Source: an uncultured Alphaproteobacteria bacterium (GTDB lineage: Bacteria > Pseudomonadota > Alphaproteobacteria > Methylaequorales > Methylaequoraceae). From it: DNA of 64,000 bases. A model generated the notes under the pieces. The model was not told where the DNA came from. It searched no databases and worked only from the letters and a program-made list of their open reading frames with translations. Below, piece after piece: positions 30,237 through 39,100 of this stretch; position 1 is the first letter of the stretch, and each line of letters starts with the position of its first letter. The stretch covers positions 26,975-90,974 of the forward strand of contig CACCYL010000004.1 in assembly GCA_902550225.1 (NCBI GenBank), read 5' to 3'. The position numbers were made by a program, and so were the translations under genes.

Positions 30237-31694
30237 ATGTTTTTATTATTATTATTTTTAATAACTTTTAGTCAATTATCAGCTAACCCACAAAAGAATT
30301 ATCAAAGTTTTAATGATGGTCAATCATTTATTAAAAATCAAATTCAAAAAAAAATTAATAAGAACAAAGCTAAAAATGTGATTGTTATCGTTGGTGATGG
30401 TTATGGCATTACTACAAACTATATTAACAGATTGAATCAAGGACAAATAAATGGTGGACTTGGAGATGAATTTGTTTTACCACACGAAGAATTAGACCAT
30501 TTGGCTTTAATAAAAACTTACACTACTAATGGACAAACCCCAGATTCTGCAGGAACATCAACAGCAATACATAGTGGTATTAAAACTAAATCTGGAATTA
30601 TTGGATTAACAGACAGTTCTATACGTGGCGATTGCATGTCCAATAGAACTGAGGTGGAAAGTATTGGTGATATATTTAAAAAATTAGATAAGAGTGTTGG
30701 AGTTGTTACAAATACTAGAATTACGCACGCAACTCCCGCGGCATTATATGCCCACTCGTTTGACAGGAATTGGGAAGATGACTCCAAAGTTCCTAAAAAT
30801 TGTTCACAAGATGATATAGCTTTGCAGTTGATCAATTCTGATATTGATCTTGCATTAGGTGGTGGCAAAAGACATTTCTTACCTTTAGAAAGTGTTAGTC
30901 AAAAAGGAAAAAGAACCGATTCAAGAAACCTGATTGAAGAATTTAAAAATAGCGGGGGAATTTATCTTAATAATGAAAATGACTTCCAAAACTATAAAAT
31001 TAATACTAAAAAAAGATTAATCGGTCTTTTTGCTGATTCGCATTTTCCCTATTTAGCAAAGGAAGAAAACAAACCTTCTCTTTTAGATTTGTCAAATTTA
31101 GCTATTGAATATCTAAATAAAAACAAAAATGGTTATTATCTATTAATAGAGGCCGGAAGAATTGATCACGGACATCATGCTGGAAAACTAAATTACGTTC
31201 TCAGACAAACCCAACAATTCAACAAACTTATTCAAAATATTATTCAAAAAGTAAATCTACAAGAAACGTTGTTAATCGTCACCGCTGACCATGCTCATTC
31301 TCTTGGCATCAATGGGTATTGTGGAAGAGGATCAAAAATAAATGGTATATGTTATAGAATTAACCCCAAAGAATCTAAACATCAAAGTAAACCTAATTTA
31401 GGTTTAGACGGGAAACCTTTTTCAGTTGTAAACTACCTGAATGGACCTGGAAGTGTTTTTGAAAAAAAATATTTTTTACAATATGCTTTTCGAAAAAAGT
31501 TATCTGATTTTGATTATGAGGATATTGAATTTGACCATGAAGCTCTTGTACCACTTTTTAAAGAATCTCATTCTGGTTTAGATGTAGTTGCATATGCTTC
31601 CGGTCCTTTTTCATTTCTATTAAATGGAACTATTGAGCAAAATTTTTTATTTCACGTTATTAATTATGCAATAAAAAATTCAAATATTGATTGA
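30237..31694 (+). CDS. Alkaline phosphatase, PhoA family, secreted
   Basis: 485 aa. Signal peptide, VIVGDGYGITT, catalytic-serine motif TPDSAGTSTA, and metal ligands IDHGHH and ADHAH. Confidence 0.8.
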   Translation: MFLLLLFLITFSQLSANPQKNYQSFNDGQSFIKNQIQKKINKNKAKNVIVIVGDGYGITTNYINRLNQGQINGGLGDEFVLPHEELDHLALIKTYTTNGQTPDSAGTSTAIHSGIKTKSGIIGLTDSSIRGDCMSNRTEVESIGDIFKKLDKSVGVVTNTRITHATPAALYAHSFDRNWEDDSKVPKNCSQDDIALQLINSDIDLALGGGKRHFLPLESVSQKGKRTDSRNLIEEFKNSGGIYLNNENDFQNYKINTKKRLIGLFADSHFPYLAKEENKPSLLDLSNLAIEYLNKNKNGYYLLIEAGRIDHGHHAGKLNYVLRQTQQFNKLIQNIIQKVNLQETLLIVTADHAHSLGINGYCGRGSKINGICYRINPKESKHQSKPNLGLDGKPFSVVNYLNGPGSVFEKKYFLQYAFRKKLSDFDYEDIEFDHEALVPLFKESHSGLDVVAYASGPFSFLLNGTIEQNFLFHVINYAIKNSNID

Positions 31695-31746
31695 TCATAA
31701 TCAGCCCATTAATAGGGAAATCTAATAAAAATTTGAATCTTTAATA

Positions 31747-31763
31747 TTTCACAATGTTGTAAC
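31747..31763 (+). promoter_or_regulatory. Pho-box-like repeat upstream of the DUF616 gene
   Basis: TTTCACAATGT TGTAAC, 11-bp phasing, 57 nt upstream of the ATG at 31821. Confidence 0.45.
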
Positions 31764-31820
31764 AAAAAAAAAATAAATTAATAAATTTTGAATTTATAAA
31801 TTTTTTATTTAGAGGTTTTT

Positions 31821-32585
31821 ATGTACATCTATACTGTCAACTTTGGAAATTATGATAGAATCTCAAATGAACATTTTTATTCAAAAAAAGTAAGATATAT
31901 TTGTTTTTATAATCAAGAAATTGAAAAAAAAGGTGAATGGGAATATGTTAAAATTAATTCATCAAAAGATAATAGATATCTATCAAGAAATTTCAAAATA
32001 AACTTTAGTAAGTATTTCCCAAAAGAATCTAATGTAATTTATGTTGATTGTAATAGGGTGATTACAGAAAAATTAATTAATTTTTCATTTGATTTTTTTG
32101 AAAAAAATTCATTTGGAGTTTTAAAGCATTCTGCAAGAAAAAGTCTTCTCGATGAGCTAATAGATTGGTACTTAATATCTGTTGCTGATGAAAAGCATCT
32201 TATAAACTTATTTAAATATTTAAAGAGGATCAAGTATATGTATAATCAACACTACTGTCCTCATTGCTGTTTAATTCTAAGAAAGAACAATATACAAAAT
32301 ATTCGATTTTCTAAAGTCTGGTGGTATTATTACAAGAAATTTAACATTCGTGATCAATTACCCTTTACTATTTGTTCCCTAAAACTTAATGCTAAACCAA
32401 AATTATTTATCAACAAAAATTTAATTTATACTAAAAGACATTTATATTCCTACAAGAAAAAAAGAAGAAACATTAAAGCACTATCTAACTTAATCAAACA
32501 ATATAATCATATCACAAATCATAATATAAATTTAACACCAGAAACATTATTGTGGAGAAAATATAAGTTGGCTAAGGAGATTTAG
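31821..32585 (+). CDS. DUF616-family (glycosyltransferase-like) protein
   Basis: 254 aa. N-terminal IYTVNFGNYD, internal VLKH.ARKSLLDE, and WW..Y....IRDQLPF, which match my recollection of DUF616 conserved blocks (GGYD, RDQLSF). Confidence 0.5.
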   Translation: MYIYTVNFGNYDRISNEHFYSKKVRYICFYNQEIEKKGEWEYVKINSSKDNRYLSRNFKINFSKYFPKESNVIYVDCNRVITEKLINFSFDFFEKNSFGVLKHSARKSLLDELIDWYLISVADEKHLINLFKYLKRIKYMYNQHYCPHCCLILRKNNIQNIRFSKVWWYYYKKFNIRDQLPFTICSLKLNAKPKLFINKNLIYTKRHLYSYKKKRRNIKALSNLIKQYNHITNHNINLTPETLLWRKYKLAKEI

Positions 32586-32737
32586 CCCCCATCACCCCTT
32601 ATCATAAGCTTAATGATTTCTAGTATTAAAAATCTCTAAATATTTTAGGCAATTTGTTTGAATTTTTTTAAAACTTTTCGATAATTTAAAAATGTTTAAT
32701 ACGAGCGTTAAATAGAAAAATTTTAAAAGTGTAAATT

Positions 32738-33556
32738 TTACAGGAATTTTAATTCATAAAGTTTGAGTTTATTATCAATCTTTAGAGAACGATGGTCACT
32801 ATTAAGTTGTTCAGATATTTTTTCATAACAAAAAAAACATGCATCTTTTCTATTTGAGAATGAAGAAAACTTTTTAGCTTTGTGAAAGTTAACTTTAACT
32901 TCACTTGCACCCAATCCTAAGAATTTCCAAAGATGAGAAAATAGATCCATTCCTCCAAACCAAGCCAAGAAGGGTCTATAAAACTTATTCAGTGGCAGTC
33001 CATCAAGTTTATTATATGATAGTGAGACGGGTTGGATATAAAAATCTCCTAGTTCCTTTGAATCAACTATCGAAAATAAAGAGCTCTTAAACCTGAGAAC
33101 GTTTGATCCATCACTAGATGTTCCCTCTGGAAAAAAAAGTACATTGGAATCTTTTTGAAGAGATTTTTCAATTAATGAAATTTGATTTCTTAATGATCTA
33201 ATATTATTTCTTTCTACAAATATTGTTTTTGCAATGGTACAAAGTTTATTAATTATTGGCCATTTTTTAATTTCTGACTTAGCGACAAAAACTGTATTTA
33301 TCAGTGATCCATATACTATTATATCCAGGTAAGATATATGATTTGAGACAAATAAAGTCCTTCTTTTCTCCGGCAAACCAGAAACATTAACTTTAACTCC
33401 AATTATGTTTATTATACCCTTAAAAAATAAACTAAAGAAAAAAGAAAAAAATCTTTTAGAAATTAAAGAAATAATTAAATGGATAGAAGAAATAAATAAA
33501 ATCCATGGAATCAATATTGCCAGTCTTAAAGTTGATAGTATTGGTGAGTACAGCAT
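32738..33556 (-). CDS. olsA: Lyso-ornithine-lipid O-acyltransferase (PlsC-family) OlsA
   Basis: 272 aa. HX4D motif NHISYLD and FPEGTSSDG. 1 nt overlap with the preceding olsB-like gene. Confidence 0.7.
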   Translation of the reverse strand: MLYSPILSTLRLAILIPWILFISSIHLIISLISKRFFSFFFSLFFKGIINIIGVKVNVSGLPEKRRTLFVSNHISYLDIIVYGSLINTVFVAKSEIKKWPIINKLCTIAKTIFVERNNIRSLRNQISLIEKSLQKDSNVLFFPEGTSSDGSNVLRFKSSLFSIVDSKELGDFYIQPVSLSYNKLDGLPLNKFYRPFLAWFGGMDLFSHLWKFLGLGASEVKVNFHKAKKFSSFSNRKDACFFCYEKISEQLNSDHRSLKIDNKLKLYELKFL

Positions 33557-34506
33557 TAATGTGTATTTTTTAAATATAGTTGAGAGTATTTTTTTTGGAT
33601 TCTTTTTGCTTCTAATATAACTAGGACATCAGTAGTATTAAACTTTTTATCCACAATTGCGCCAGAACCTACAGATGCTCCAACTCTAATGTAAGCTTTA
33701 ATCAATGGGGGTAGTTTTCTAAACTCTTCATTAGAGTCGAGCAACTTTTTCTTAATTGGTTTAAAATTTACTTTTATTTGCTTTAGAGGGTTTGTTTTTA
33801 AATGATGTGGGGATGAATGAAAGTGCCTTAAGTATGAAAGTTGATTTCTAAACAAATTATGATTACTTGATGGGAAGCTTGCACAGCCAAAAACTATATC
33901 AACCTTATTTTTAGCAATATAAGTAGCAAGCCCCCTCCATAATAGTTTTATTATTTTTCCATCCCTATAATTTTTATGAACGCACGATCTGCCTGCTTCT
34001 AAAAGCGTTAATGATTTTTCATTGGTTAACTTAGAAATATTAAACTCTGTTTGACTGTAGAATCTTTGTGATTTCATAAATTTTGGTTTTAAAAGTAACC
34101 TGTATGTTCCCACTACGTAATCGTCAGAAATTGATTTATCAATTACTACTAAGTGGTCACATAATTTATCAAATTCATCTGAATCATAATTGTTTTTTTC
34201 TGATTCACCAAAAAAACTTTCGTATCTTAGTTTCTTAACTTTGTGTATTAATTTATCTGTATCGTCGATTATTTTTAACTCAATAGAACCTTGATTGAAA
34301 TTTAGTGTTCTCGAGTGAGTAGAAAAATTATTTTCAGGTTTTATTTTCTCTAATAATCTAGAATTTCTAGACCAACTTCTCACATAAATGACGTTCTTAG
34401 CAACAAATTTAACTTTCTTTAGAATTATTTTAATTTTTTCAATTCTATTATTGAACCTTGGACCTTGATTTTTTTCTTGATTGTTTTTTTTTAATCGAAA
34501 CCGCAT
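33556..34506 (-). CDS. olsB: Ornithine/aminolipid N-acyltransferase OlsB-like (GNAT/hemolysin-like)
   Basis: 316 aa. CDHLVVID....VVGTYRLL block and GRSCVHKNYR, with the olsB-olsA pairing. Confidence 0.7.
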   Translation of the reverse strand: MRFRLKKNNQEKNQGPRFNNRIEKIKIILKKVKFVAKNVIYVRSWSRNSRLLEKIKPENNFSTHSRTLNFNQGSIELKIIDDTDKLIHKVKKLRYESFFGESEKNNYDSDEFDKLCDHLVVIDKSISDDYVVGTYRLLLKPKFMKSQRFYSQTEFNISKLTNEKSLTLLEAGRSCVHKNYRDGKIIKLLWRGLATYIAKNKVDIVFGCASFPSSNHNLFRNQLSYLRHFHSSPHHLKTNPLKQIKVNFKPIKKKLLDSNEEFRKLPPLIKAYIRVGASVGSGAIVDKKFNTTDVLVILEAKRIQKKYSQLYLKNTH

Positions 34507-34558
34507 ATTTTGTAATAATTTGATTTACTAACTACTACATGTAGAATAACGAATATTT

Positions 34559-34586
34559 GTTTCAGTTTTATAGAATATTTATGACA
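34559..34586 (-). promoter_or_regulatory. Possible Pho box upstream of olsB
   Basis: The minus strand reads TGTCATAAATA TTCTATAAAAC TGAAAC. The outer repeats are good and the middle one is weak. 53 nt upstream of the olsB ATG. Confidence 0.35.
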
Positions 34587-34639
34587 AAAAAGTTTGAGGA
34601 GTAGGAAAATCTTTCTAATTGAATTTTAATTCATAAATT

Positions 34640-34656
34640 TGTAACAAAATTATAAC
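34640..34656 (+). promoter_or_regulatory. Pho-box-like repeat upstream of the PycTM-like gene
   Basis: TGTAACAAAAT TATAAC, 11-bp phasing. Only 10 nt from the first ATG (34667), so the functional start is probably Met16 at 34712. Confidence 0.45.
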
Positions 34657-34666
34657 ATAGTAAGCT

Positions 34667-35215
34667 ATGGTTTCCCTAAAATCTGACCATATAGACAAAG
34701 AGACAATTGGGATGCTTCGAACAATTCATCAAAAGCAAGTTCAATTAATCTCTCTAGCTGATCAGAAAGCCAACATACTGATGGGCGTCATCATAATTGG
34801 CCTCAGTATAATCGCATCTAATTTTTTTAAATACGACTATCAAAATAATTCCCATACACAAAATTTTTTAATTTTGTGTTTTTCATTGTTTGAGCTAATT
34901 TCTCTATTATTTGCTGTTTGGGTTATTACACCAAGATTGGTTAAGGAAAAAAAAAATCAGGAAATAAGTAAAAGTAAAAATCCTTTATTTTTTATGGAAT
35001 CATCAAATATTAGCGAGGAGAAATATGTAAAGTACATGCTTGAACAGATTAAAAGTCCTAAAAGAGTATATGAACTTATGCTAATTGATTTTTATCAAAT
35101 AGGGTTTGTTCTTAAGGAAAAATATAAATATTTAAGTATTTCGTATATGCTAGCAATTCTTGGAATTGTTCCTGCAGTGATTTTAATAATTTTAGTTTTC
35201 CTTGAAAAAAGTTAA
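34667..35215 (+). CDS. Two/three-TM membrane protein resembling the Pycsar-effector TM family (DUF5706/PycTM)
   Basis: 182 aa. LISLADQKANILMG then a TM helix, a second TM, then NPLFFMESSNISEEKYVKYML...KEKYKYLSISY and a C-terminal TM. The pattern matches my recollection of DUF5706. Start uncertain (34667 or 34712). Confidence 0.4.
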   Translation: MVSLKSDHIDKETIGMLRTIHQKQVQLISLADQKANILMGVIIIGLSIIASNFFKYDYQNNSHTQNFLILCFSLFELISLLFAVWVITPRLVKEKKNQEISKSKNPLFFMESSNISEEKYVKYMLEQIKSPKRVYELMLIDFYQIGFVLKEKYKYLSISYMLAILGIVPAVILIILVFLEKS

Positions 35216-35372
35216 AAATGATTAATTAATCAGAGAAATTTTTAATATGATTCTTTTATATTAATTGTTAAAATCTTATTTCGTATCGTTAATGAAGCTA
35301 TTGAAAATTTCACTGCTAACTGACTATATGTTCTTAAAAATCCGTTAAACTTTGATTCATTTACGTCCTAGT

Positions 35373-35414
35373 TCAATATAACTTGGCATGCCTAAATAAC
35401 GATAAATTTAGCAT
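35373..35414 (-). pseudogene. Dead 5' fragment of a SixA-like gene
   Basis: The minus strand reads ATG CTA AAT TTA TCG TTA TTT AGG CAT GCC AAG TTA TAT TGA (MLNLSLFRHAKLY*). The intact gene at 29950 begins MLNLSLIRHAKSDW. Confidence 0.75.
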
Positions 35415-35503
35415 AAGATATGGCTAACAATTTAGATAAAAATTTAAAAGATAAATTAAGTCATTAATTATTTATTTTAATTCCTAAATATATTTTAAAA
35501 AAG
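35382..35503. repeat. Direct repeat copy 2
   Basis: Colinear with 29918-30038. Followed by a 15-bp unit x2 (gtgtgagagtgaaat gcgtgagagtaaatt, 35503-35532). Confidence 0.85.
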
Positions 35504-35555
35504 TGTGAGAGTGAAATGCGTGAGAGTAAATTGAAACCCTTAATGAAAGTGTCTT

Positions 35556-37010
35556 TTAATTTCTTTTTAATGATTCAAAGGCATTTGAAATATTTTTCAT
35601 GCCCCTTTCAAACGATTGTCCGAAAAGCAGATAGGTTTTTTTTGCTTTAAAATTAACTTTATTTATGGAATTAATTGTTAATTTACATTGATCCAAATTA
35701 TTATAGTTAAGTCTGCCTGTTATATGATGCGCCATTCTTAAAAGTTGTCCCAATATTTTAACTTTAATGAGATTTTTTTTTGAAATCTTTTCCGAATAAG
35801 ACAAAGCAAAATTTTCCTTAAGATTGTTTGAATATCTAAAGTAAAGAATTAAAGCAAGCATAATTCTATTTTGCCTATCTAGGTGAAAAAATTGATGGTA
35901 TAGGATTTTTTCAAGAGCAAAAATTCTTCTATGCTCTGGATGCAAAGATGACGCTATGTTTGTAAGCCAGCATGCTGAAAGTAAAAGATTTTGATCCATT
36001 TTCAAAATATCATTAAACGGTAAAATCCAACTGAATAATTTCTCGGCATTTCTTTTCTTTATTGTTCCGCGAGCTATTTTTCTTATTTGGCTTAAAAACG
36101 GATCCACGCCTTTGTCTTTAATTAGATCATATAAAACACCTTCTCTAACTCCAGTATTAGTAAAACAGATTTTTTTTATCGACATCTTTTGAACTAACAT
36201 TTCTAAAACATGAAAGGAGTATGGGATCGATTTTTTTCTTGATTTGAATAACTGGCTTAAAAAATTTTCATCAACTGTATTTTTATTTACAAAAATTTTT
36301 GTTCTTATTTCATGCAAAAATTTAGCTGAATCAACTTTATAATCTTGAATTATTTTTAAATCTTCACTTTTTATGTGCATATGCAATTTTGCTAATGCTC
36401 TAAAGGACCCTCCAACTGCATAAAAATTTGAGTATTTATTTAATTTTACTTTTTGTATGGAATCATCAATATATTTACGAACCTTTTTGTCATCAAAATT
36501 TCCAATTTTTTTGAGGACTACATGCCCGATAACTAAAGATTCAATAAATTTTATTTGTTTCGAAGTATTAACTTCAGTTAATTCAAGACTACCGCCGCCA
36601 AAATCACCAACAATTCCATCGATTTCGTGGTGTGAAAAAAATACACCTTTTGCTGATAACTCTCCCTCTTCTTCTCCTGTTAAAACTCTAATATCATGGT
36701 CGAACTCAGATTTTAGTTTTTTTACAATGAGATTCTGATTTTCTGCAAGTCGCAAAGCAGCTGAACCAAAAATATGAAGATTTTTTTTTTTAACATTTTT
36801 ACATAAATGAAAAAATCTTTTTAATACCTGTATTAAATTTTGGAGTTCTGATTCACCTATTCTTTTCATGAATATTCCTTTTCCCAAATTTAAAGTAACT
36901 TTTTCATTAAAGATGACACTAGCTGAAAAGTTTTGCTCATCAAAAATGACAAGCCTAACTGAAGATGAGCCAATATCAATTATGGCAATTGGATTATTTT
37001 TATTACTCAT
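35556..37010 (-). CDS. ppx: Exopolyphosphatase (Ppx/GppA family)
   Basis: 484 aa. IAIIDIGSSSVRLVIF and DFGGGSLEL ASKHA-fold motifs. 4 nt overlap with ppk. Confidence 0.85.
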   Translation of the reverse strand: MSNKNNPIAIIDIGSSSVRLVIFDEQNFSASVIFNEKVTLNLGKGIFMKRIGESELQNLIQVLKRFFHLCKNVKKKNLHIFGSAALRLAENQNLIVKKLKSEFDHDIRVLTGEEEGELSAKGVFFSHHEIDGIVGDFGGGSLELTEVNTSKQIKFIESLVIGHVVLKKIGNFDDKKVRKYIDDSIQKVKLNKYSNFYAVGGSFRALAKLHMHIKSEDLKIIQDYKVDSAKFLHEIRTKIFVNKNTVDENFLSQLFKSRKKSIPYSFHVLEMLVQKMSIKKICFTNTGVREGVLYDLIKDKGVDPFLSQIRKIARGTIKKRNAEKLFSWILPFNDILKMDQNLLLSACWLTNIASSLHPEHRRIFALEKILYHQFFHLDRQNRIMLALILYFRYSNNLKENFALSYSEKISKKNLIKVKILGQLLRMAHHITGRLNYNNLDQCKLTINSINKVNFKAKKTYLLFGQSFERGMKNISNAFESLKRN

Positions 37011-39100
37011 TTTTTTTTAAATTTTGATCCTCTGCCAGATAAAGACGGGTTGTCTGTAAAATACTTATGTGCAGAAAAACCACCTGATTTTGAAGTAATG
37101 CGTTTGTAAGAACCGTTAGATTTTAATTCCCAACTATTTTTTTTATCTTTTAAGTAAGCAACCATTATTTGATTTAGAATTTGTTTTTGAACAGTTTCGT
37201 TGGTTATGGGAATAAAAGCCTCTACCCTTCTATCAAGATTTCTTGTCATAAGGTCAGCTGAAGAAATAAAAACGAAATTTTTTTCATTTGGCATTTTATT
37301 CCCGTTGGCAAAACAAAAAATTCTGCTGTGCTCCAAAAACCTTCCTATAATACTTTTTACCTCAATATTCTCAGAAAAACCAGGAATTCCTGGCCTTAGT
37401 CCGCATATACCTCTTACTATTAGTTTTATTTTAACTCCATTCTGCGAAGCAAAATATAATTGATCAATGATATTACTATCAATTAATGAATTAACTTTGA
37501 TCCATATTTGAGCAGGTAGATTCTTTTTTTTATTTGTAATTTCATTGTTGATTAGAGAGGTCAGTTTTTCTCTAAGGAATTTTGGTGAATATGTCAACAA
37601 ATTCATTTTTTCTGGCTTTGTATAACCAGTTATAAAATTAAAAACTTTTAAAGCGTCATTTGCCAAATCTTTATTACATGAAAAAAAAGATAAATCGGTA
37701 TAAGTTTTTGCAGTTATAGGATGATAATTTCCAGTTCCAAAATGAACATACGACACAAGCTCATCACTTTCCTTTCTTGTTACAACAGAAATCTTAGCGT
37801 GAGTTTTGAGATTTACAAATCCATATACGATGTGCACGCCAGCTTTTTCTAAATCACGCGCCCATTTGATATTTTTCTCTTCATCAAAACGAGCTTTTAA
37901 TTCCACTATTGCTGTTACTGACTTGCCATTATTGGAAGCATCAATTAATGCTTTAATTATTGGAGAGTCTTTGCTCGTTCTATAAAGTGTTTGTTTAATC
38001 GATACAACAAAATCATCTTTTGCAGCTTGTTCCAAAAAGTTTACAACAACATCAAAACTCTCAAAGGGATGGTGAACGATAATATCCTTTTTCTTAATTG
38101 CTGAAAAACAACTCCCATTATAATCTATGATTCTTTGCGGAAATCTTGGCTTTATTTTTTTAAATTTAAGATCTTGATCGGCGTGCTCGACAATCTCATT
38201 TAGTGAATTAATATCCAAAAGTGAATTTACTCGAAAAATTCTTTCCTCACTAACTTTGAGCGATTTTTTAATAAAAGAAAGTAATTTTTTTTCTACTCTT
38301 CCTTGAATATATAAACCAATAACTGTTCCTCTCCTTCTTTTTTTTAGAGCAGTTTCGAATGAGAGAATTAAATCCTCAGCCTCTTCTTCAAATTCAATAT
38401 CACTGTCTCTGATAACTCTAATTAATGAAAAACTTTTTAGCTTAAAATCTGGAAAGATAACTTTGATGTTCTTTTTTATAATATCCTCGGATTTAGCAAA
38501 ATTATTGGGATTTGAAACTTTGAAAAATCTTTGGAGTTTTGGTGGAAAAATAACTAGAGAATAAGATAGCTTCCCTTTTTTATTTATTAAAGCACATACC
38601 ATTGTAATGCTTTGATTTGGCAGAAATGGAAATGGATGAGCACTATCAATTGCTAAAGGTGTTAAAGAAGGCAGTATCGATTTTTTGAATACTTCAACTA
38701 TTTTCTTTTCTTCTTTTTTGAAATCTTTTGGTATTTCCAAAACTTTTATTTTTTTTGTGCTTAATTTTTTTTTAAGGCTATTCCAAATATTTTGTTGTTT
38801 TTTTAAAAGTGACCTCAAAGATTTTGTAACGTCATTAAACTGTTGCCTAGCTGTTCTTCCGTCATCAGTTCTCATGGAAACTTTCTGTTTCATCAGTCGG
38901 TAAAGTCCTGCAACTCTTACCATATGAAATTCATCTAAATTATTTCCTGAAATTGAAAGAAATCTTAGTCTCTCTATTAACAGATTCTGAAGGTTTTCTG
39001 ATTCGTTCAAAACTCTATCATTGAAACTCAACCAAGATAACTCTCTGTTGATGAAACGCATCGGAGAATTTTGAATGTTTTTATTAAATTTTTTGTTCAT
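37007..39100 (-). CDS. ppk: Polyphosphate kinase 1
   Basis: 697 aa. FINRELSWLSFNDRVLNE N-terminus, two PLD-like modules (HAKISVV, HSRIFCF), colinear with PPK1. Confidence 0.93.
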   Translation of the reverse strand: MNKKFNKNIQNSPMRFINRELSWLSFNDRVLNESENLQNLLIERLRFLSISGNNLDEFHMVRVAGLYRLMKQKVSMRTDDGRTARQQFNDVTKSLRSLLKKQQNIWNSLKKKLSTKKIKVLEIPKDFKKEEKKIVEVFKKSILPSLTPLAIDSAHPFPFLPNQSITMVCALINKKGKLSYSLVIFPPKLQRFFKVSNPNNFAKSEDIIKKNIKVIFPDFKLKSFSLIRVIRDSDIEFEEEAEDLILSFETALKKRRRGTVIGLYIQGRVEKKLLSFIKKSLKVSEERIFRVNSLLDINSLNEIVEHADQDLKFKKIKPRFPQRIIDYNGSCFSAIKKKDIIVHHPFESFDVVVNFLEQAAKDDFVVSIKQTLYRTSKDSPIIKALIDASNNGKSVTAIVELKARFDEEKNIKWARDLEKAGVHIVYGFVNLKTHAKISVVTRKESDELVSYVHFGTGNYHPITAKTYTDLSFFSCNKDLANDALKVFNFITGYTKPEKMNLLTYSPKFLREKLTSLINNEITNKKKNLPAQIWIKVNSLIDSNIIDQLYFASQNGVKIKLIVRGICGLRPGIPGFSENIEVKSIIGRFLEHSRIFCFANGNKMPNEKNFVFISSADLMTRNLDRRVEAFIPITNETVQKQILNQIMVAYLKDKKNSWELKSNGSYKRITSKSGGFSAHKYFTDNPSLSGRGSKFKKK

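Noticed and set aside
34667-35215. A functional Pycsar antiphage system.
   Set aside because: Only the TM-effector-like gene is present and no nucleotide cyclase is in the window. The family assignment itself is from memory.
29918-35532. Calling the repeat-flanked five-gene cassette a mobile element or integrative island.
   Set aside because: No integrase, transposase, tRNA target or inverted terminal repeats are present. I report only the repeats and the dead gene fragment as observations and leave mobility as a hypothesis.
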